64,000 nt of DNA from Candidatus Poribacteria bacterium (lineage in GTDB: Bacteria > Poribacteria > WGA-4E > WGA-3G). Shown here in pieces: positions 30,421 through 39,691 of this stretch (the stretch's first letter is position 1; every line of letters starts with the position of its first letter). Location: NCBI GenBank assembly GCA_965205015.1, contig OZ242029.1:896001-960000 (forward strand), written 5' to 3'. The notes under the pieces were generated by a model. The model was given only the letters and a program-made list of their open reading frames with translations. It was not told the DNA's origin and did not search any database. The position numbers were made by a program, and so were the translations under genes.

Positions 30421-32174
30421 TGAATCAGATTCGCTCGTTCCTACAATTAGGAAAATGGAAGCCGCAGGAATGGAAGGTTGGGAGGCTGGAAGGTTGGAAG
30501 GTTGGGGTGCCTCCCCTGCCATTCTTCCTTTCTTCCACGCGGGTTTTTCTATTCTGTTGCTGCCTCCTCATCTCCCTTAACGCTGTTGCACAACCTTTAC
30601 CACAATTCACCGACATCACACACGAAGCCGGCATCGACTTCGTCCATAACACGGGCGCCTTCGGCAAGAAATACCTCCCCGAAACGATGGGCTCAGGATG
30701 CGCCTTCATCGACTATAACACTGACGGTTGGCAGGACCTCCTACTCGTCAACGGAAAAGATTGGGAAGGCGAGGCAACCCAGAAGCAGCAAACCATGGCA
30801 CTCTACCGCAACGACCAAGACGGCACCTTCACGGATGTCACCGAATCCGCGGGGCTCGCGACACCGCTTTATGGGATGGGGGTCGCCGTCGCCGATTACG
30901 ACAACGACGGGGATCCAGACATCTATATCAGCACCCTCGAAACCGATCGGCTCTTCCAAAACAACGGTGACGGCACTTATGTTGACGTTACAGAAACCGC
31001 CGGCATTCACAACCCGGGTTTCGGCACAAGCTGCGCATGGTTTGATTACAACAAGGACGGTCACCTCGATCTTTACGTCGCGAACTACGTTGAATGGAGT
31101 ATAGAAAACGATCTGTTCTGTACCCTCGACGGCATCAATAAATCCTACTGCACCCCTGAATCCTACACAGGTCAATCCAGCAAACTCTTCAGGAATCGCG
31201 GCGACGGCACATTCGCCGATGTCTCCCGTATCGCACGGATCGAGGACAACACGAGCAAATCACTCGGTGTTTGCATCTTCGATTACAATGCCGATGGCTT
31301 ACCCGACATCTTTGAGGCAAACGACACACAACCCAATAAACTCTATCAGAACAATGGAGACGGCACCTTCATCGAGACCGGAATGCTCGCAGGGATCGCC
31401 TATAACGAAAGCGGTGTCGCAACCGGCGCAATGGGTATCGATGCCGCAGACTACGATCGCATCGGTAAGGAAAGTCTCGTCATTGGGAACTTCTCCAACG
31501 AGATGCTCAACCTCTATCACAACGAGGGCGACTTTTTCATCGACGATGCCCCTGCCGCGCATATCGGAAATGCCACCTTACTGACGCTCACCTTCGCCTG
31601 TTTCTTCTTCGACTTCGATCTCGATGGCAACCTCGACATCTTCACCGCCAACGGGCATGTTGAAACCGACATCAACGCCATTCAGACACAAGTCACCTAC
31701 GCCCAACCCCCGCATCTATTTCACAACGACTCTCAAGGCAAATTCACCGACGCGATTCATCAAGTCGGGGTGGATTTGGCAAAGCCGATGGTCGGTAGAG
31801 GCGGCGCCTATGGCGATATCGACAACGACGGCGACTGGGATCTGCTCGTCACAACCTCCAACGGACCCGCATATCTCTTCCGAAACGACGGTGGCAACCG
31901 CAACGCGTGGCTTAAGATTCAACTCGCCGGACAAACAAGCAATCGCGACGGTATCGGCGCGCAGATCCGCATAACCTCCGCACTGGGGACACAGACACAC
32001 ACAGTTAAGAGCGGCTCCAGCTACTGCTCACAGAGCGAACTTACCGCCATTTTCGGCATAAATGACGATCCTATCATTGAGACAATCGAGGTAACGTGGC
32101 CCAGCGGTGCCATCAGCACACGCAAGAACGTCACACCCAACCAACACATTCGTATTAAGGAAGGCACACCGTAA
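30420..32174 (+). CDS. CRTAC1-family FG-GAP repeat / ASPIC-UnbV protein
   Basis: ETMGSG, repeated DYDNDGxxD loops, SNRDGIGA, GSSYCSQ, IEVTWPSG; exact start uncertain. Confidence 0.9.
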   Translation: MNQIRSFLQLGKWKPQEWKVGRLEGWKVGVPPLPFFLSSTRVFLFCCCLLISLNAVAQPLPQFTDITHEAGIDFVHNTGAFGKKYLPETMGSGCAFIDYNTDGWQDLLLVNGKDWEGEATQKQQTMALYRNDQDGTFTDVTESAGLATPLYGMGVAVADYDNDGDPDIYISTLETDRLFQNNGDGTYVDVTETAGIHNPGFGTSCAWFDYNKDGHLDLYVANYVEWSIENDLFCTLDGINKSYCTPESYTGQSSKLFRNRGDGTFADVSRIARIEDNTSKSLGVCIFDYNADGLPDIFEANDTQPNKLYQNNGDGTFIETGMLAGIAYNESGVATGAMGIDAADYDRIGKESLVIGNFSNEMLNLYHNEGDFFIDDAPAAHIGNATLLTLTFACFFFDFDLDGNLDIFTANGHVETDINAIQTQVTYAQPPHLFHNDSQGKFTDAIHQVGVDLAKPMVGRGGAYGDIDNDGDWDLLVTTSNGPAYLFRNDGGNRNAWLKIQLAGQTSNRDGIGAQIRITSALGTQTHTVKSGSSYCSQSELTAIFGINDDPIIETIEVTWPSGAISTRKNVTPNQHIRIKEGTP

Positions 32175-32268
32175 GTACGTTTCCTAAGGGAAATACGCAG
32201 AAACACCCAAGCAAAAACCCCAAGCAAAAACACTTGCTCTCTACAGAAGACGTTATGGAGGAAACATC

Positions 32269-33273
32269 ATGAAATGCTTATGTTACGCATTCAGCACGTT
32301 CCTTATCTTTGCGCCTGTCTCCACTGTTCTTGCAAAAGCTCCGAAAACTGCCAAAATCGTATTCAGATCCATGCGGGATGGCAACTCTGAGATTTATAGC
32401 ATGAACCCAGATGGTTCTGATCAGAAAAACTTAACCCAGCACCGTGCCCAGGATATTGCGCCTGTCTGGTCGCCGACAGGTAGGCAGATTCTTTTCCAAT
32501 CGGATCGAGACGGGATACCGGATCTCTACCTCATGGATCCAGATGGAACGAATGTGCGTCAGGTCTTCAAAAAATTAATAGGCAGAGAGTTCCCAACCTG
32601 GTCGCCTGACGGAAAAGCACTCGCTTATCACCGATTTCACACATTCTCTATCTACACCGCCTCAATTGACGGAGAAGATGAGGCAAAACTTGCGGAGGGC
32701 TTATGGCCTGAGTGGTCTCCCAACGGTGCTGAGATCGCCTTCGAGGCAGGTAAGTTTGTTTGGGGTGACAACGGCAATCTCAGATTTCTGGACGTCAGAA
32801 TCGAGATTATCAATCTACAAACGCATGTACAAGAGAAACTTCTTCCGAAGAGTATTTGGATGTATGATCCTGCTTGGACCCCCGATAGTGCGCAGATAGC
32901 CTTTACTTGGAACGGTAGGCAAGAGAACGGTTTTTTAGGGGGTAAGGTGGGGCTGCATACCACAGGTATCTATGTTGTGAACCGAGATGGGACCGGACTC
33001 AAGAAGGTTATTGATTCTGGAGAACACACTACAGTGTTTAACGCTACCTGGTCCCCGCTCGGGAATGAACTCATTTACAACGTTGACAATGATCAGGATC
33101 GTAGCCCCAGACAACTTTTCAAAGCCACTTTGGATGGTGGTGTTCCAGAGCAGCTCACACGCCGGGGTAATAACTCCAACGCCGATTGGTTCGATCCTGC
33201 GTTTGCGTTGCCGGTCTCGCCCCAACCGTCCCTTCTGACAACAACGTGGGGCAAACTCAAAACACAAGACTAA
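32269..33273 (+). CDS. secreted TolB-like (PD40) beta-propeller, paralog 1, with conserved C-terminal tail
   Basis: Repeated PxWSPDG, IYSMNPDG; ends LPVSPQPSLLTTTWGKLKTQD. Confidence 0.88.
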   Translation: MKCLCYAFSTFLIFAPVSTVLAKAPKTAKIVFRSMRDGNSEIYSMNPDGSDQKNLTQHRAQDIAPVWSPTGRQILFQSDRDGIPDLYLMDPDGTNVRQVFKKLIGREFPTWSPDGKALAYHRFHTFSIYTASIDGEDEAKLAEGLWPEWSPNGAEIAFEAGKFVWGDNGNLRFLDVRIEIINLQTHVQEKLLPKSIWMYDPAWTPDSAQIAFTWNGRQENGFLGGKVGLHTTGIYVVNRDGTGLKKVIDSGEHTTVFNATWSPLGNELIYNVDNDQDRSPRQLFKATLDGGVPEQLTRRGNNSNADWFDPAFALPVSPQPSLLTTTWGKLKTQD

Positions 33274-33326
33274 TGTCATACAGAAATCGTTTCCTTCTCT
33301 ACAGAAACCTCCATGGAGGAAGTATC

Positions 33327-34313
33327 ATGAAATGCTTATGTTATGCGCTTAGCACGTTCCTTATCTTTGCGCCCCTCTCCGCTGTTATCGCAAAAGCCCC
33401 AGAAACCGCCAAAATCGTATTTACATCAAGGCGAGATGGGAACTTTGAGATTTATACCATGAATCCGGATGGATCCGATCAGATAAACTTAACACACCAC
33501 CGTAGCAAGGATACCTCGCCTGTCTGGTCGCCGACAGGTGAACAGATTCTCTTCACCTCGGATCGAGGCGGGATAGAGGAGCTCTACCTTATGGATCCAG
33601 ATGGAACGAATGTGCGCCAAGTTTTCAAAAAATTAATAGGCAGAGAATTCCCAACGTGGTCGCCTGACGGAAAAGCACTTGCTTATCACCGATTTCACAC
33701 GCTTTCTATCTACACCGCCTCAAGTGATGGAGAAGATGAGGAAGAACTTGCGGATGGCTTATGGCCCGCGTGGTCTGCCGATGGTTCTGAGATCGCTTTC
33801 ATGGCAGCTAAGTTCGCTTGGGCTGAAAACGGAAATCTCGGACTACCGAAGGTCAGGATCCAAATTATCAATCTACAAACGCATGTAGAAGAGGCACTTC
33901 TTCCGGAGGGGATAGGGATGTTTAACCCTGCCTGGGCACCCGATAGTACGCAGATAGCCTTTTCTTGGAGAGGTGTGCAAGAGAAAGGTAGAGGGATAGG
34001 GGGCACTATGGGTATCTATGTTGTGAACCGAGATGGGAGCGAACTCAGGAGGATTATTGATGCTGAAGATGGCATGGCAGCGTTTAACCCTACCTGGTCA
34101 CCAGATGGGAATGAACTCATTTACAACCAAGGGGTGGGTGGCGTCAGAGACCTCTTCAAAGTCGCTTTGGACGATGGTGTCCCAGAACAACTCACACACC
34201 GGCAGGGAGATAACTTCCGAGCGGATTGGTTCGATCCTGCGTTTGCGTTGCCGGTCTCACCCCAATCGTCCCTCTTAACAACGATATGGGGAAAACTCAA
34301 AACACAAGACTGA
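33327..34313 (+). CDS. secreted TolB-like (PD40) beta-propeller, paralog 2, with conserved C-terminal tail
   Basis: Tandem duplicate of 32269-33273 including the upstream CTCTACAGAA...ATGGAG region; ends LPVSPQSSLLTTIWGKLKTQD. Confidence 0.88.
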   Translation: MKCLCYALSTFLIFAPLSAVIAKAPETAKIVFTSRRDGNFEIYTMNPDGSDQINLTHHRSKDTSPVWSPTGEQILFTSDRGGIEELYLMDPDGTNVRQVFKKLIGREFPTWSPDGKALAYHRFHTLSIYTASSDGEDEEELADGLWPAWSADGSEIAFMAAKFAWAENGNLGLPKVRIQIINLQTHVEEALLPEGIGMFNPAWAPDSTQIAFSWRGVQEKGRGIGGTMGIYVVNRDGSELRRIIDAEDGMAAFNPTWSPDGNELIYNQGVGGVRDLFKVALDDGVPEQLTHRQGDNFRADWFDPAFALPVSPQSSLLTTIWGKLKTQD

Positions 34314-34324
34314 TTCAAACAATT

Positions 34325-35197
34325 TCATTCCTTAAGCCGCCCCCATACCGTCGCGAGCTTTCCTTGCGCGTCAACTGCGAGCGTGCCATCGGTCTCTGCA
34401 CCATTTTTACCCACCAGATGGTGGGCATTGCCTGATGTATCTGAGAACTCGCGTGTTCCCCTCGTTTCATCAAAATGCCACAACGCAACCGTTCTTGCGT
34501 CGGTCTTGAACTTTTTACGCGGCGTGAAACCCCATTTAGTGATATCGTAACGCGCAACCCTTGAAACGCGGACCTCATCAATATAGCCCGCAAAATGACC
34601 CCAAAAATTACCGTTCCAAAACTCAATTTCTTCTCCAAACCCTCCGATTGTAAAATCCTGTGGATGTCCGGCGGGTGAGATATCAGGGGCGAGAGGTATT
34701 CCCTGCGGTAAGACGCGTACTAACTCGTTAACGATGAGTGTCGTCTGTTTCTCTTCTGTCTGAAAGGCGATGTGATGCCATTGATTCGGAGGAAACTCTA
34801 CTATCATGCCAAGCCCCATCATAGGTAACGCTATTACAGCGTTCGGAGCGTTCTCTCCGCCAATATCAAAGTAAGCTTCACCTGTTAGTTTTAAAAATCT
34901 GTCGTGAGGATGGTTCACGATGTTCATCTTCACCTGTTGGCTGAGAATCACCGCGTGTATATGCTGGTCAGGCGGCGTGGTTGGATATATCCATGCTTCA
35001 AAGGTCCACTCATCTGCGCCTTTTGGCAAGAGGAGACCGAAGGTTTCAAAGTCCAAAACTGCATGGTCATCCACCCCATCAAGGACTAAACAGTTCCCAC
35101 CCGCAGGGGAAGGCGGTGGCATCGCTTCAGCACGCAACGGAATTAAAACCAGCAGAAAAAGACAAGCAAAAATTGACAGATTTCGTAGATTTTTCAT
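34325..35197 (-). CDS. secreted LamG-like domain protein with conserved C-terminal tail
   Basis: LDGVDD, WTFEAWIYP, WHHIA, GYIDEVRVSRVARY, ALWHFDE; ends AVDAQGKLATVWGRLKE. Confidence 0.85.
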   Translation of the reverse strand: MKNLRNLSIFACLFLLVLIPLRAEAMPPPSPAGGNCLVLDGVDDHAVLDFETFGLLLPKGADEWTFEAWIYPTTPPDQHIHAVILSQQVKMNIVNHPHDRFLKLTGEAYFDIGGENAPNAVIALPMMGLGMIVEFPPNQWHHIAFQTEEKQTTLIVNELVRVLPQGIPLAPDISPAGHPQDFTIGGFGEEIEFWNGNFWGHFAGYIDEVRVSRVARYDITKWGFTPRKKFKTDARTVALWHFDETRGTREFSDTSGNAHHLVGKNGAETDGTLAVDAQGKLATVWGRLKE

Positions 35198-35244
35198 CCT
35201 CGTAACTCTCCTTGATTTTAATTTAATGCTATCCCTCATTTGAG

Positions 35245-37191
35245 TCAATGGTTCCTTTTTTTAATCGCTTTCCACGTTTGCATGAGTTTCCCCATTAGGT
35301 CGACGCTCCGAGGAACTTCGACTGTGCCGTATACATCAACTGTTGTAAGTGGCTTAAAAGCATCATTACTGCCCCCAAAGATATAGATATTCCCATTTAC
35401 TACCTCAGTCCTATGTCCTGATCTGCGAGTCGGCATGTCCGGCTTCCGGGTCCAACGGTCAGTTTCAGGATCGTAAATCTCAACCGTTGAGAGATATATG
35501 AACCGATCATTGTCCCAAAAACCACCCCCTATTACGTAAATCTTTCCATCAATTACACTTGCCGTGTGCAGTGCTTTTGAGGTAGGCATTTCAGCTATTT
35601 CTGTCCACCGATTGTTCTTTGGATCATACACTTCAACACTGGAAAGAGAGGGACCTGGATGATTTGGAATCTGGGGCCATCCCACTCCACCTATGACATA
35701 AATCTTTCCATCCACAACGCTTACTGCCGGAATACCACGGGCATGATTCATACTTTTAACTTCTGCCCATGTATCAGTCGCTGGATCATAGACATCCACG
35801 CTATCCAAGCGTCCCTGTTTTTTGTTGGCTGCTGAACCACCAACGATATAAATCTTTCCATCTACGACACAAGCCCTGCCACTCCGCGGCACAGGCATGT
35901 CCGCTTTCTGGATCCATGTGTCGGTGCCTGGATCGTACATTTCTATAGTCGGGAGAAGTTTACCACCGTACCCCCAACCGGGACCACGCTGAAATTTCTT
36001 TGATGCTCCGCCACCAATGGCATAGATTTTCCCATCTACAACCAAAGTAGCTACGCCAGTCCGCGCTGTCGGCATATCCGCCTTTCGTTCCCATGTATCG
36101 GTTTCCGGGTCGTACATTTCGACCGTTGCAACGGATATGTCACCAAACTTGTCAACGTCACCACCGATTGCGAATACTTTCCCGTCCACGACACACGTCC
36201 CAAAGTTAAATCGGGGGGTTGGCATGTCTGCTCTCGGCATCCACTGTTTGGTAGCATTTTCCGGTGCGACAGATACCGAGGTTACATTAGAAACTTGGGT
36301 GCCAGTACGGCTGATTTTACCGGGAGTGGCATCCCGTCCGACCTGATTTCGCACAGCAGGTTTCGCTTCTATATCAAGGATAATCGGCGTATCGATGATT
36401 TCAATCGTCGGTTCAGACCGCGCTTCGAAACTATACGGTCTCTGGAAACGGGTGAGGTATCGGTTGCTCGCGCCGATAAGTAAAGCGATCAAAACCGCAG
36501 CTGCCCCCAAAGCCATCCATGGGAGAAAAGGTTTAGGAGCCGGAGTCGGTGTGGGTTCCATCTCAGCGACTTGTCGCATGACGTTCTCACCTAAACTCGC
36601 CGGTATTTGCACGCCACCGAAAACTTCTTGGATCATCAGTTCTTCGTCCGCTTGCAAACGCTCTCGTCCGCGACGAAGTCTACTTTTAATAGTGCCCACC
36701 GACACGCCTAAGAATTTCCCGATCTCTTTGGTCGTCATTTCACCGAGATAGTAGAGTGTCATGACCGTGCGTTCGCTCTCCGGAAGCTTCGCGAGCAGCT
36801 TTTTGACGAGTTCACGGCGATGCTCGGTGAGTTCTATTTCTCGCGCTTCCGATACATGATGTATATAAGAGGCTCTTTCGACTTCTTCCACAGGTGTGTC
36901 CTCCAGCGATTGCGTTGGGAGTCCTCTCTTCCGACTCCAATCAATGCAAAGCCTATCTGCGATGACATACAGCCATCCAGCAAACTGATTGTGATTCTTG
37001 AGCGTTGAGAGTTTTTTGTATGCTTGAAGGAAGGTGTCTTGGGTAATATCTTCAGCAATGTGAAAATCCCCGATCTTCCGCCATACGAGCGCGTGGACGC
37101 TTTTCTGGTATCTTTGGAGCAAGACACCAAATGCTTCATCATCTCCCGATAAGGTTCTCTGAATCAGTTGAACATCGTCTTCTCTCTCCAC
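35245..37191 (-). CDS. ECF sigma-70 factor fused to a TM helix and a six-bladed Kelch propeller
   Basis: AEDITQDTFLQAY, FAGWLYVIA, EIGKFLGVSVGTIKSRLRR; TM LPWMALGAAAVLIALLIG; 6 x MPxxR...VDGKIYxIGG...YDP...W. Confidence 0.9.
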   Translation of the reverse strand: MEREDDVQLIQRTLSGDDEAFGVLLQRYQKSVHALVWRKIGDFHIAEDITQDTFLQAYKKLSTLKNHNQFAGWLYVIADRLCIDWSRKRGLPTQSLEDTPVEEVERASYIHHVSEAREIELTEHRRELVKKLLAKLPESERTVMTLYYLGEMTTKEIGKFLGVSVGTIKSRLRRGRERLQADEELMIQEVFGGVQIPASLGENVMRQVAEMEPTPTPAPKPFLPWMALGAAAVLIALLIGASNRYLTRFQRPYSFEARSEPTIEIIDTPIILDIEAKPAVRNQVGRDATPGKISRTGTQVSNVTSVSVAPENATKQWMPRADMPTPRFNFGTCVVDGKVFAIGGDVDKFGDISVATVEMYDPETDTWERKADMPTARTGVATLVVDGKIYAIGGGASKKFQRGPGWGYGGKLLPTIEMYDPGTDTWIQKADMPVPRSGRACVVDGKIYIVGGSAANKKQGRLDSVDVYDPATDTWAEVKSMNHARGIPAVSVVDGKIYVIGGVGWPQIPNHPGPSLSSVEVYDPKNNRWTEIAEMPTSKALHTASVIDGKIYVIGGGFWDNDRFIYLSTVEIYDPETDRWTRKPDMPTRRSGHRTEVVNGNIYIFGGSNDAFKPLTTVDVYGTVEVPRSVDLMGKLMQTWKAIKKRNH

Positions 37192-37266
37192 GAGATTCCC
37201 TCCTGACGAAAAGATGGCATTGTGTTCTATTCACTATGGTGAATTATCAAAATATGTAGACACCTT

Positions 37267-37292
37267 GTAGGGGTGTCCCTCGTGGGCACCCC
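37267..37292. repeat. GTAG-type REP-like palindrome
   Basis: GTAG-GGGTGTCC-CTCGT-GGGCACCC, inside a degenerate ~100 bp inverted repeat. Confidence 0.6.
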
Positions 37293-37603
37293 CAAACTCA
37301 CCGTTCATAATGTCTAAGTAATTCTAAAATCTACCTTAAAAGACTGAATCCGATGTCAAGTCTTGTAAAATTAAGCAATGCGACACGTTTACACTCTCTA
37401 TTATTAAAGACGAATTTTGAGTCAGAAAAGATGCATTATAGAAAAAAATCAAACAATCTCGTGAATACTTGTGAACATCTTTAGAAAAGACGCACCCTTC
37501 CTGGTGGTTTGTCCAGTCTAAAATTGGGAATAACTCCGTTCGTAGTAGGGCAATTCATTGCCCGTCTTTAACGCTTTAGTACCAAATCGTCAAAAACCAT
37601 CTT

Positions 37604-37632
37604 TTGACAATTGAGGTTTTTTGTGGTATACT
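37604..37632 (+). promoter_or_regulatory. sigma70 promoter of the IrrE-DUF4411 pair
   Basis: TTGACA-17 bp-TATACT with extended TG. Confidence 0.7.
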
Positions 37633-37789
37633 TTAATTCCCTTTTTGAGTAGGATACGTTAAGTATATTTCGCAGTCACTGCAATTTATTCGTTTGCAAA
37701 TTATCGGAGTTTAACATCGCGCAATTTGAAAACATTTCAATTGATGATTTTACGACGAACTGGTCAACCGGTTTGTGGGGATACACATC

Positions 37790-38962
37790 ATGGCTAAATC
37801 TGTAAAAGCACTCATTACGCCGGAAGTTCTCAAGTGGGCGCGTGAAAAACGCATCAGATTAGAAATTGACTACGCGGCAAAAAAATTAAAGATAGACCCG
37901 GTACGCCTTGAGGCATGGGAAAATGGTACAGAGCAACCCACTATCTCGCAGTTAAAGAAAATTGCGAAACTCTATAAAACCCACATTTCTGTTTTCTATC
38001 TGCCAGAACCACCTATAGGTTTCCAATCACTTATAGACTATCGGGTCTTGCCAGAACCATCTGCTATTAATGAAGAACAGACGTATAAATTGAACGCTAA
38101 TATTATTGAGGCATTCGAAAGACGGGAAATGCTCATTGAATTTTACGAATTGTTAGAGGAGCCGATTCCTCAAGTAACGCTGAAAGTCAATGAAGGAGAA
38201 GAACCGGCGCAAGAAGCAGAAAAAATAACTGAATTTCTTGAGCTTAATAGAGCACAACTACAGGAAGCGAATGATCCATACGCCGCACTGAAATTTTGGA
38301 AACAAACTGTCGAAGCAAAAGGTATTCTGGTCTGTCATACTTCTGTAAACACACATCTTTCTGTTGAATTGAAAACAGTACGTGGGTTTTGCATTGCCCA
38401 GAGACCTTTTCCAATGATCGTATTAAACCCTAAAGACAGACCCTATGGACGTATTTTCACAATTATTCACGAACTCGTCCACATCGCTCTTGGGAAAAGT
38501 ATTATCCAAAATACTGGATTTAGAGGAATAGAAAATCCAGCCCTGAACCAGACCGAAGTCTTTTGCAACCGAGTGGCTGCTGAGGTTTTAGTCCCTGAAA
38601 ATGAGTTGTTAGAAATGGTAAAACTGCAAACCCTTGAAAAAGAACTATCCAGAATTTCCAAGCACTTTCATGTAAGTCCTGAAGTTATTATGCGGCGACT
38701 ACTAACACTTGACAGAATATCGCAACGACACTACGAAACGTACAGAAAATCTCAGCAAGAAAAGTATAAGGGGAAATCCGATCAAGCCGGCGGTATCCGG
38801 CCGTACCACAATCGACTTCTTAATACTTCTGGTGAGCATTTCGCAAGAACTGCTTTTACCACTTACTATGAGGAAAAAATCACAATCTCTGAATTAGCTT
38901 CGGTTTTCTCTAACTGTGATACAAAGCACCTCTTTGAAATTGAAAGTCATATCTCCGTATGA
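37790..38962 (+). CDS. XRE HTH + ImmA/IrrE family zinc metallopeptidase
   Basis: LKWARE...WENG..QPTISQLKKIA; FTIIHELVH; EVFCNRVAAEVLVP. Confidence 0.92.
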   Translation: MAKSVKALITPEVLKWAREKRIRLEIDYAAKKLKIDPVRLEAWENGTEQPTISQLKKIAKLYKTHISVFYLPEPPIGFQSLIDYRVLPEPSAINEEQTYKLNANIIEAFERREMLIEFYELLEEPIPQVTLKVNEGEEPAQEAEKITEFLELNRAQLQEANDPYAALKFWKQTVEAKGILVCHTSVNTHLSVELKTVRGFCIAQRPFPMIVLNPKDRPYGRIFTIIHELVHIALGKSIIQNTGFRGIENPALNQTEVFCNRVAAEVLVPENELLEMVKLQTLEKELSRISKHFHVSPEVIMRRLLTLDRISQRHYETYRKSQQEKYKGKSDQAGGIRPYHNRLLNTSGEHFARTAFTTYYEEKITISELASVFSNCDTKHLFEIESHISV

Positions 38963-39459
38963 ATTCACTCTTTAACCAAAACCAGACAATTTATAGTCTG
39001 GATGCAAGTTCACTAATTGATGCGTATCGTTTTCTGTACCCAATGGAAAACTTTCCTGCCTTGTGGCAGGAGTTTGAGAGACTTATAAAGAGCGATCGAC
39101 TCAAAATGTCCGAGTTGGCCTTTGAAGAAGCCATGCGAGATAAAGTCTTAGATGAATGGTGTCGTGAAAAAAGTTTGAAACCATATCTTGAATTGAAAAT
39201 TGATGAGGCAGATCAGAAGACCGTCCGCAGTATATTGTCAAAGTATCCGGGGATGTTAAATGTAAGAAAAGGCATATCAGGGGCAGATCCGTGGGTAGTA
39301 GCTTTGGCAGTGAGATTTCAAAACGTAGTTGCAGTAACTGAAGAAAAATTAACTGGAAATCTACAATACCCAAGAATTCCTGATGTATGTAAGGCTTCTA
39401 ATATTGAATGTGTTACGATAGCTGGTGTTATAAAAAAAGAAAACTGGGTTTTCTCTTAA
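38959..39459 (+). CDS. DUF4411 family PIN-domain protein
   Basis: YSLDASSLI...YP...FPALW...ADPWVVALA...VTEE...IPDVC; ATGA overlap with the IrrE gene. Confidence 0.88.
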   Translation: MNSLFNQNQTIYSLDASSLIDAYRFLYPMENFPALWQEFERLIKSDRLKMSELAFEEAMRDKVLDEWCREKSLKPYLELKIDEADQKTVRSILSKYPGMLNVRKGISGADPWVVALAVRFQNVVAVTEEKLTGNLQYPRIPDVCKASNIECVTIAGVIKKENWVFS

Positions 39460-39617
39460 CCGTTATTCGTATAAAGAGAAAATACCTCCACCAAAAACTG
39501 AATATTCTATCGCCTTTCTGTCAATCCTGTCGATTACCATAGGAGCGAGTTAAAACTCGCGACTCGCCTCCAAAATCTACAGAAAACGGAACCCTCCTGA
39601 AGAATAGAATATCACAC

Positions 39618-39646
39618 TTGACCTAAAACTGAAAGTCTGTTATACT
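39618..39646 (+). promoter_or_regulatory. sigma70 promoter of DUF499-DUF1156
   Basis: TTGACC-17 bp-TATACT with extended TG. Confidence 0.65.
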
Positions 39647-39691
39647 TCTAAAGTAAGAGTAGGAAAATTCGTAAAATGGAGGCTTAAGTAC

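Noticed and set aside
33183-34313. Near-identical 3' ends of the propeller genes as a DGR VR/TR pair
   Set aside because: Mismatches are mostly synonymous and not adenine-specific, both copies are coding, and no RT is present.
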